DNA of 64,000 bases, taken from positions 65,345 through 129,344 of the forward strand of contig NIVC01002943.1 of NCBI GenBank assembly GCA_002269645.1, given 5' to 3'. Under the pieces are notes generated by a model. It made no database searches. It saw nothing but the letters and a program-made list of their open reading frames with translations, and was not told where the DNA came from. Below, in pieces: positions 53,144-64,000 of the stretch. The translations under genes and the position numbers were made by a program. The DNA comes from Macrostomum lignano. Taxonomy: Eukaryota. Numbering within the stretch: the stretch's first letter is position 1; each line of letters starts with the position of its first letter.

Positions 53144-56100
53144 TTAAGCATCTCCGGCTGATGCTGGTCTCTCAGTTGCCGCAGGCTGCTGGTCCTCGCC
53201 GGCCCCTCCGTTGCACCGGCCGGGAGCCGCGGCGCTCGCGTCCTCATCGCCATCGACCTCCTCGTCGAGTCCCCAGGCGTCGCCGTCGTCGCTCCAGCCG
53301 TCCGCAGCGTCCGCTTCGCCGCCTTCGCCCTCCGCCATCGCCAAGGCCAGCGCGGCAGACGGCGTCGTCTGCTGCTGCTGCTGCTCTTTGGTTGCCATGG
53401 AAACCGACGCCGAAGATGACGCACCGCGGATGCTGGGCTCCAGTTCGGCCAGAAATTCGTCGATCTGCCGGCCGGCGGCGGTCACCACCGGCTTGATGGT
53501 CAGCGCCTCGGCCGTTAGGCCGCCCGTTTGTGATGACGAAGGCGGAGGCTGCTTGGACGGTGCGGGCGCCGGCTGGCTGTCCGACGCAGCAATTTCGACG
53601 TCCCCAGCGTTGCCGGCATCGCTACCGCCGCCCCCCGCCATCCCGTCGCTCTCCCATTCGTTGCCCCAGTCTGCATCGTCGTCATCCGGGTCGGAGAGCG
53701 CCGCCACTGGCGGCGGCTCCTCAGCAACGGTTGCCAGGCGGGAGTTGTCGTCCTGGGCAGCCGATTTTCTGGGAGGATTGCGGCGGTGAAACCATGAAAC
53801 CCTGCACCCAAACCCATACCCAATCCGGAAACCCACACCCAAACCCATACCCAATCCGGAATCCCACACCCAAACCCATACCCAATCCGGAATCCCACAC
53901 CCAAACCCATACCCAATCCGGAATCCCACACCCAAACCCATACCCAATCCGGAATCCCACACCCAAACCCATACCCAATCCGGAATCCCACACCCAAACC
54001 CATACCCAATCCGGAATCCCACACCCAAACCCATACCCAATCCGGAATCCCACACCCAAATCCATACCCAACCCCACACTCAACACCACACTCAACCCCA
54101 CACCCAACCCCACACCCAACCCCACACCTAATCCCACACCAAGCCCCTCGCTCTCCGGCGGCTCACAGTCGGTGCCGGTCAGCCAGAATCCTGGCCGACT
54201 CGGCCTCCACCATCGCCGCCTGCCGACGGGCCTCGGACGCCGCGGCCTCCTCCGGCCCCCTGTAGCGGTCGCTGAGAGCGGCGAGGTCTCTCAGCGGCAG
54301 CGGGGCGGAGCCGGCGCCGCAGCTGCTGCTGCTGTTGAAGCCGCTGTCGCCAACGCCCCCCGCCGTCCCCAGCTGATCGGCCGGGTCGCCAGGCGCGGCG
54401 CCGAGGAGTCGCCGACGCGGCTGGGCATCGGTGAACAGCGACTGCCTGGCGGCGTCGGCCTTGTCGCCGAACAAAGCGGCGTAGCCGGCCAGCGGCAGGA
54501 GGGCGGCGACGGCCAGGTGGGTCCGCGCCACCAGCCGGTCGTGTCGGTCGCGAAGGCCCAGCAGCAGCTCGGGAATCAGCGAGCGCTGCGCGCTGCGGGA
54601 TGGACGGACGAGTTGCTTTTTCATCCGAATTTTGTCACTGTTCCTCTGGCTAAATCCTCATTCTTGTAGAGGAATCGCCATTTCCATACCTAAATCTTTA
54701 TTCCCGATTCAAAAATCCTTCCTAAATCCTAAATCGATTTCCCATTCCTAAAACCTCATTTTCCATTCCTAAAACCTCATTTCCCATTCCTAAATTCTCA
54801 TTTCCCATTCCTAAATCCTCATTTCCCATTCCTAAATTCTCATTTCCCATTCCTAAATTCTCATTTCCCATTCCAAAATCCTCATTTCCCATTCCTAAAT
54901 TCTCATTTCCCATTCCAAAATCCTCATTTCCCATTCCTAAATCCTCATTTCCCATTCCTAAAACCTCATTTCCCATTCCTAAAACCTCATTTCCCATTCC
55001 TAAATTCTCATTTCCCATTCCTAAATTCTCATTTCCCATTCCTAAATCCTCATTTCCCATTCCTAAATCCTCATTTCCAATTCCTAAATCCTCATTTCCC
55101 ATTCCTAAATCCTCATTTCCAATTCCTAAATCCTCATTTCCCATTCCTAAATTCTCATTTCCCATTCCTAAATTCTCATTTCCCATTCCTAAATTCTCAT
55201 TTCCCATTCCTAAATCCTCATTTCCCATTCCTAAATCCTCATTTCCAATTCCTAAATCCTCATTTCCCATTCCTAAATCCTCATTTCCCATTCCTAAATC
55301 CTCATTTCCAATTCCTAAATCCTCATTTCCCATTCCTAAATCCTCATTTCCCATTCCTAAATCCTTATTTCCCATTCCTAAATCATCATTTCTCATTCCT
55401 AAATCATCATTTCCCATTCCTAAATCCTCATTTCCCATTCCTAAATCCTCATTTCCCATTCCTAAATCCTCATTTCCCATTCCTAAATCCTTAGTTCCCA
55501 TTCCTAAATCATCATTTCTCATTCCTAAATCATCATTTCCCATTCCTAAATCATCATTTCCCATTCCTAAATCCTCATTTCCCATTCCTAAATCCTCATT
55601 TCCCATTCCTAAATCCTCATTTCCCATTCCTAAATCCTCATTCCCATTCCTAAATCCTCATTTCTCCAGAGCGGCTCACCCGGCCCAGTCCAGCAGGTGG
55701 CAGTAGGCCGGGAAATGCTCCAGCAGTGCGCAGCGCACCGGCAGATCCCGGATGCGCAGCACCATGGCCAGGTACGGCACGAGTTCGCGCTGAAAATTGG
55801 CCTCGCTTAGTAGGCAGTCGCCGTCTGGGGGCCTGGCGGCGCCCCGGTAGGGACGCAACAGGTATGGCAACAGGTAGGTGGCTGCCATGGGGTGCGTGAG
55901 CGGCAGGCGGCCAAGAAGCAGCCGGCCGAGGCGCCTGTGGGCGGTTCGGTTGAGGAAATTAGTGGAGGGGCGGATTTAGGACTCCCAAGGACGGATGTAG
56001 GCGCCTTAAGGGTGGATTAAGGATCCTCAAGGGCGGATTAAGGATCCTCAAGGGCGGATTAAGGATCCTCAAGGGCGGATTAAGGATCCTCAAGGGCGGA

Positions 56101-59100
56101 TTAAGGATCCTCAAGGGCGGATTAAGGATCATCAAGGGCGGATTAAGGATCCTCAAGGGCGGATTAAGGATCCTCAAGGGCGGATTAAGGATCCTCAAGG
56201 GCGGATTAAGGATCCTCAAGGGCGGATTAAGGATCCTCAAGGGCGGATGTAGGATTCTAAAAGGCGGATTTAGGATTTTAAGGGGCGGATTCAGGATTTC
56301 CAAGAGCGGATGTAGGCCCCTTAAGGGCGGATGTAGGATTCTTAGAGGCGGTTTTATGATTCCCAAGGGCGGAAACCCTCACCTGGCAACCAGGCCCTCC
56401 GGCAGCTCGAACAAACGACTCTTCAACGCCACGTAGAACTGCCTCAGTTCGTCTTCGCTTTTCAACGAGAAGTCGGCCAGAAAGCCGGACAGCTGAGTGA
56501 AGCAGTTGGCCGAAAATGCCACGTGACGCTGCAGCCGTTTGGCCGGGGTTCGCTCGGTTGGCGAGGCCGAGCACAGACAGTTCTTGGCCAGGTTGCGCAG
56601 CTGGTCTAGGTGCTGCCGCCGCCGCTGCTGCTGAGGCTGCGGATCCGGCAGCTTCGAGCATCTGACGGCGTCGATGGCGTCGCAGATGTCGAGGGCGGTG
56701 CGGCCCAGGCAGTACAGATCGAAGGAGTCGCGTCTGTCGGCGCTGAACACGTAGGCCTGCATGGCGGGGGATGGAGATCAGTGTGTTTTTCAAGTCCTCG
56801 CTGCGCTACTGCTAGTAGGATGGTACAGAATTTAACTGTAGTTTTTTGTTATAGACAACAGATACTACATGTAAGTGTTACAATAACTAGATCGGCCACT
56901 CGGCACGTGTGCGTGTAAGCTACTTGCAGTTCAGTAGTAAGTTAAACAGAAGCATGTTGATGTATTTTTAAAGCCAAGGCTCATTTTATTGGCTCTTACC
57001 CTTTCCACACTACCCCCGCGCCCCGTCCCAATTTTATTGCCTTTCTCGGAATTCCAGCCTAAAGCTGCCATGTACATTTCAGTTGATTGGCTAATGTACA
57101 TTATGGCTGAACCAATTAGCAAGTTGCCTACGCCTGCAAGCTTGGGCTTCTTATTAAAAATCATTTCAGCTGACTTTATTTTTGTAAAATAGTTTATGTA
57201 TTCTTTTTTGCTACTGAACTGAAAGTAGGCTGTTTAGCATATATATGCGTAGCGTAGATTATAAAGTAGCAGCAGCGCTATCATACGATGTTGTTGCCAC
57301 AGGCTTTAACATGTTGTTCAGGTCAGGGGTAATTTTTGTCAGGTGTCGCGTTTTGGTCAGGAATAATTTTGATCAGGGGTGGAACATCAGTTTTTCTCGA
57401 ATAGTTCTCGAGCATGAAGCTTTGAGTTCAGTTTGAGTTATGAATTTTAGCTAAATTTTACTCTTGCTGAATAAAAAACAAGCAGTTTTCGCATAATTTT
57501 TGTTAATAATTAGCGAAAAGTCAAACCCGGAAATAACGCGATAAAAAATGTTGTGTTTTACACTATAATAGCCTATTGACACTTAAAACGAGCCACCAAC
57601 CTCGTCCCTATCGATTGCGCAATCGCCCAGTCGAGTTCGCACTGTCTTCAGCGCATCAGCTGACATCTGGTCGAATGGTCGGCATAGCTCGAAACCGCCC
57701 AGCTTCCACTGGCCCTGGCTGGTGCAGAACAGACTGCGCTGGCACACATTATTGTGGGACAGCTGCGCCTGCGGCAGGGGTGGATTGGAGCGGATTCTAC
57801 ATTTTCCTGTTTGGGGGCGATTCTTGTGGCCATTTTATGGCAATTTTAGAGCGATTCTTGTGAAAAGTTTGTGGCGATTTTGGGGCGATTTTTGTGACCA
57901 GTTTTGTGCGTTTCTTGCGACCACTTTGGGGTGATTTATAATTTTTGTGATGAGTTTGGGGCGATTATTGTGACCAGTTTGTGACAAGTTTCAGGCGATT
58001 CTCGTGACGAGTTTGGGGCGATTTTTGTGACCAGTTTGGGGCGATTCTTGTGACCAGTTTGGTGCGTTTCTTGTGACCAATTTGGGGCGATTCTTGTGAC
58101 GAGTTTGGGGAAATTTTTGTGACCAGTTTGTGACAAGTTTCAGGCGATTCTCGTGACGAGTTTGGGGCGATTTTTGTGACCAGTTTGGGATGGTTCTTGG
58201 GACCAATTTGAGGCGATTCTTGTGACCAATTTGGGGCAATTCTTGTGACCAATTTGGGGCGATTCTTGTGACCAATTTGGGGCAATTCTTGTGACCAATT
58301 TGGGGCGATTCTTGTGACCAGTTTGGGGCGATTCTTGTGACCAGTTTGGGGCGATTCTTGTGACCAGTTTGGGGCGATTCTTGTGACCAGTTTGGGGCGA
58401 TTCTTGTGACCAGTTTGGGGCGATTCTTGTGACTAATTTGGGGCGATTCTTGTGACCAGTTTGAGGCGATTCTTGTGACCAGTTTGAGGCGATTCTTGTG
58501 ACCAGTTTGGGGCGATTCTTGTGACCAGTTTGGGGCGATTCTTGTGACCAGTTTGGGGCGATTCTTGTGACCAGTTTGGGGCGATTCTTGTGACCAGTTT
58601 GGGGAAATTTTTGTGACCAGTTTGTGACAAGTTTCAGGCGATTCTCGTGACGAGTTTGGGGCGATTTTTGTGACCAGTTTGGGATGGTTCTTGGGACCAA
58701 TTTGAGGCGATTCTTGTGACCAATTTGGGGCAATTCTTGTGACCAATTTGGGGCGATTCTTGTGACCAATTTGGGGCAATTCTTGTGACCAATTTGGGGC
58801 GATTCTTGTGACCAGTTTGGGGCGATTCTTGTGACCAGTTTGGGGCGATTCTTGTGACCAGTTTGGGGCGATTCTTGTGACCAGTTTGGGGCGATTCTTG
58901 TGACCAGTTTGGGGCGATTCTTGTGACCAGTTTGAGGCGATTCTTGTGACCAGTTTGAGGCGATTCTTGTGACCAGTTTGAGGCGATTCTTGTGACCAGT
59001 TTGGGGCGATTCTTGTGACCAGTTTGGGGCGATTCTTGTGACCAGTTTGGGGCGATTCTTGTGACCAATTTGGGGCGATTCTTGTGACGAGTTTGGGCGA

Positions 59101-60411
59101 TTTTCGCAAATTTAGGACGATTCTTAAGGCGATTCTTGTGAAAAGTTCTTAAACAATTAACTGGTTCTTAGAAGTTTCTGGGACAATCCTTCCTGAGGGA
59201 TTTCAATTCATGAGGGTGAGGTCAGTTTTCACAGCAAGCTGGTGGAACCAACTGTAGCATGCAGGAAGGCCAGAGCAGAGCAGATGCTGTGGACGCCCTG
59301 AACTGCTTCATCTGGGTAGAGGTCAGGCAGGTAATCCTCCAATGGTGACACCAGCTCGGTGACGATTCCCGTTAGCCAGGACTGCCGTATTGAGTCCAGG
59401 AACTTCACTATAGAAGGGTGGCGCACCGATTTGAGTACCTGCGGTTTTTCAATGGAAAAAATTTAGTCATTAGACTATGACTGAGCTGGGCTAAGCAAGG
59501 TTCACTGACTCCAAATTGAAATACTTGTCTAAATTTTAAACTCTTATTAGTTGCTACTTATTAATAAAAATATTTAATCTTATTAGTTAGGTAGTATATA
59601 AAATTTAATATAATTTGATTCTCCAATGGCTTATGAACAAGTAAAGTCTAAGTCAAATGTATTTCAATTTTCAAATTTAAATAAGATAATAATTACTAAA
59701 TTTTTTCATAAAAATATGTTCTAATTATATAATATATATTATATATTTTTAATTTTTTTAATCTCAATATAATAAAAAGTATATTTAATAATATTTTTAT
59801 AAATATTAACTGATATGGCTAACTTACCTAACTAGCTACATTTTATAGATATTTTCATCAGTCTACTATTGAAACTAGTAAGTATACATCACAAGCCTAT
59901 ATCTTAGATTATATAAAATTCAATATATCTAAGCTAAGTGGGTTGATCTATTGGTTTAATGTGTATCTCCTCCTAGATGGCTGGCAACTCAAAATCTCAA
60001 ATGTGAAACTTATATGTATCAAAGCAAAATTTTCCTCTGTAACAAAATTTTTATGTTGAAAATTTCAAAATTTATTTCATATAAATGTAACAAACCTTCT
60101 TTATTTCATAATAAATCACACTTTATTTTGATTTTTCTTTTATATTAATAACAATGATCAATATAACAATATTGATAGAATTTAAAATAACTTACAAGGG
60201 CATTACTGAAGCACTCATTTGCAATTGCTTCTTCGTTGCTTTTATATATGAAGCATGTCAAAGATGAGTTTATATGGGAAGACTTAACAAATTTATGATT
60301 AGCTTCAGTAACATGGAATGTTGAATACTCAATGCTGTAGCTTCCAAACTTGTGAGTCTGCATATCATTAAAAGCAAACTCTGAGGCACTAACTGAAACA
60401 TCGTTACCCAT
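53144..60411 (-). CDS. SCYL3: SCY1-like pseudokinase 3 (PACE-1), 7 exons (60411-60196, 59438-59253, 57768-57601, 56756-56383, 55934-55680, 54592-54167, 53801-53144), 760 aa
   Basis: N-terminal MG (myristoylation-type); LKSVRHPSIVKFL; LAFLHAT|AQLSHNNVCQRSLFCTSQGQWKLGGFE; HEAT region LLEHFPAY...LIPELLLGLRD; acidic C-terminus DEFLAELEP...DGWSDDGDAWG. Summed exon length 2283 nt, in frame. Confidence 0.92.
53805..54140 (-). repeat. 31-bp G-tract array (sense unit TGTGGGATTCCGGATTGGGTATGGGTTTGGG) x~8 plus a degenerate 12-bp tail, filling SCYL3 intron 6
   Basis: 93-nt (31 aa) periodicity in the read-through ORF; four GGG tracts per unit. Confidence 0.95.
54690..55665. repeat. 21-bp minisatellite (TTCCCATTCCTAAATCCTCAT) in SCYL3 intron 5
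   Basis: 7-aa periodicity (MGNEDLG). Confidence 0.97.
55960..56372. repeat. 21-bp minisatellite (GGCGGATTAAGGATCCTCAAG) in SCYL3 intron 4
   Basis: 7-aa periodicity (ILNPPLR); homogeneous core with degenerate edges. Confidence 0.95.
57810..59150. repeat. 23-bp minisatellite (GTGACCAGTTTGGGGCGATTCTT) with a 494-bp higher-order duplication, in SCYL3 intron 2
   Basis: Rare variant GTGACAAGTTTCAGG at 57981, 58130 and 58624. Confidence 0.96.
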
Positions 60412-61031
60412 ATCTTTAAAACGTATGCTTTATCTGCGTACTTTTGTAAAAATTAGTTTAAATAATTACGGTGGTGTTACTTCATAAGTTCATCCATCAT
60501 GTCATACCAGAAAAAAGACAATAAAAAGATATACTGTGCTAGTTTATGCACATGATACACAAAACATGCCTATAAATAGTAAGCTATCGCGTTCGCCCCA
60601 ACTACAAGCTATGAATGAATATACTGCTTAGCATTAAACATGCCATACAGAGAAGTAACTGCCTATAACTGGAGTGCTTTGCAATAAAAACTTATTTGCT
60701 AATCAAATAGTGAAGTCAGTTCATGAAATTCGTTTCTTAGACATTTTTCTTTTTATTTTCGTAGGTAAAATATTAGTTAACATAACAAAAGCAACACAAC
60801 TAGAATCAACTTTAAGAACTGTGTTTAAGTTTTCTAATCATGGGCTAAGTGTTTTATAAATTACTAAATGCGCCACGTTAAGTAATTATTTTGTTGTAAA
60901 TTGAAGTTGCTTACATTATCGTAGCAACAAAGCTTTAATTTTAAAATTCTTATCGCAAAAAATTTAATATTTTTTGTCACTTTGTGGTATACACTTTTTC
61001 AGGATATCAGCAACTTTTTTCTGTAGAGATC

Positions 61032-62505
61032 ATGGATCAGACCGCAAAACCTCTTCAGATTCCGCCAACCTTTGCTCTTTATGCAGAGAAGCACAACTTG
61101 TTCGACTTGTACCATGTAAGTCGCTATCTAATGGGCATACCGTTTCATCAGTCTGTTGGCAAAGACAAAACTATACAAAAGTTAGTGAAACATTGTCCTT
61201 GCCAAATCTCTGCTAGGAAAAAATAAAACAAAAATGGCTTAAAAGAAGTAGAAAACTTTGTTGTTAACGGGAAGCTAATAAGCGTTATATAATACGCGAA
61301 ATAGAACTTAGCATTAGCAATTGTATGATTTTATCATGTGTGTGTCATCACAGTATTACTTAGCTCGTAGTCTTTCTAGCTGGGCGAGTGAGTGACTGAG
61401 CATTCCATTCTCGTTTCAGCCTCGGTTTCAAGGCACATTCAGACCTCCTGAACTATTTTTCTCACTATGGTTTTTTCCAGGATCTGATTTCGCAGCTGCT
61501 GATTCATAAGCCGGCAGATCCACTGCAGTTTTTAATTGAATCCCTGGAGAAGGACAATGCTCGTGTGAGCACCGTCATGGTACTTGGACCTCCAGCCTCT
61601 GGCAAGCACACCATCGGCAAGATGCTGGCCGGTCGGCTGCGCTGCCCGCACCTAACTATGCAGAATATGATCCCGGAGGTGGACCGCAAACTGAGACAGA
61701 AGGCTGAGTTCTACCTGGCGGAGAAGCAGGTAGGGCCTTCACATTGAAATGAACGGGTTTCCGGAGCCAATAAATTAGAATTCTGAGCCAATCAATTAGA
61801 ACTCAGAGTCAATCCATTAGAATTCGGAGCCAATCCACTAAAATTCGGAGCCAATCAATTAGAACTCAGAGTCAATCCATTAGAATTCGGAGACAATCAA
61901 TTAGAATTCGGAAACAATCAATTAGAATTCGTAGCCAATCAGTTAGAATTCGGAGACAATCAATTAGAATTCGGAGCCAATCAATTATATTTCGGAGCCA
62001 ATCAATTAGAATTCGAAGCCAATCAGTTAGAACTCAAAGTCAATCAATTAGAACTCAGAGTCAATTAATTAGAACTCAGAGTCAATCAATTAGAATTCGA
62101 CGCCCCCGCCCGCCATTCCAGCCGATACCCACCGAGCTGTGGACGAGCATCGTGAAGAACCGGCTGAGCATCCAGGACTGCAACCGCAAGGGCTGGGTGA
62201 TGTCCGGCTTCCCGCAAACTCGCGACCAAGCCGTCGCCCTGCAGACGGCCGGCGTGATCCCGGATCACGTGATCTTCCTGGAGGCCAAGCCGACGGTGCT
62301 GGCGGAGCGAGCGATCGGCAAGCGCTGGGACCCGGAGACTGGCGACATCTACCACCTGGTGTTCGACCAGCCAACTGACGACGACGTGCTGGAGCGACTG
62401 GTTGAGTGCCCCGGCAACTCGGATTCAGAGATCAACGAGAGAATCCGCGAGTTTGAGGGCCGCATTATTGAGCTGGCACCGTGCTATTCGAACGTCGGGC
62501 TGAAG
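61032..62505 (+). CDS. AK8: Adenylate kinase 8, 5' part: exons 61032-61115, 61481-61729, 62122-62505; continues beyond the window (next exon probably starts near 63946-63986)
   Basis: MDQTAKPLQIPPTFALYAEKHNLFDLYH|DLISQLLIHKPADPLQFLI (Dpy-30/RIIa-like N-terminus of AK8); P-loop VLGPPASGKHT; KGWVMSGFPQTRDQA; GKRWDPETGDIYH lid; VNADQ at the window end. Confidence 0.9.
61762..62100. repeat. 21-bp minisatellite (GAGCCAATCAATTAGAATTCG) filling AK8 intron 2
   Basis: GAGCC at 61764 and 61785; ~16 units. Confidence 0.94.
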
Positions 62506-62579
62506 GTAAGAGCTGAAAAATTGTAGAATCTTATGATTAAGTCATAAATAGACTTGGCATTTCGATTCCGAACTCCAAG

Positions 62580-63947
<1,368 letters not shown>

Positions 63948-64000
63948 GGTTCTCATTATCAACCTTCGATGCCGGCCGCCTGCAGTGAACGCCGACCAGC

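Overview
Eukaryotic (metazoan) genomic DNA with spliceosomal GT-AG introns. GC-rich exons sit among ~30 unrelated tandem-repeat arrays and several AT-rich blocks. This architecture resembles the flatworm Macrostomum (inference, not verified). I reconstructed ten protein-coding genes by hand-splicing, with consistent intron phases: a Sox HMG-box gene (+), a calmodulin/myosin-light-chain-like EF-hand gene (+), ATP synthase F1 alpha (-), OXA1L (-), PEX1 (-), a double-domain SCP/calexcitin-like EF-hand gene (+), an intronless Myb/SANT (Harbinger-type) gene (+), TLCD5/TMEM136 (-), SCYL3 (-) and the 5' part of AK8 (+). Nearly all long ORFs in the supplied track are translations of tandem repeats or antisense shadows of GC-rich exons. 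Most notable observations: (1) most introns between GC-rich exons contain their own private micro/minisatellite array that stops short of the splice signals, and these introns end in C-rich rather than U-rich acceptors, while AT-rich 5' exons and introns lack both traits; (2) a ~70-90 nt hairpin family occurs three times in introns of two unrelated genes, with a hammerhead-like core layout, including an inverted pair flanking a tRNA-like A/B-box segment; (3) an 809-bp solo LTR (TGT..ACA, TTTC target duplication) is inserted inside a minisatellite unit upstream of the Myb/SANT gene; (4) a candidate 740-bp MITE; (5) a tandem G-quadruplex array and TTAGGG-bearing arrays in introns. No CRISPR, rRNA or intact tRNA gene was found.
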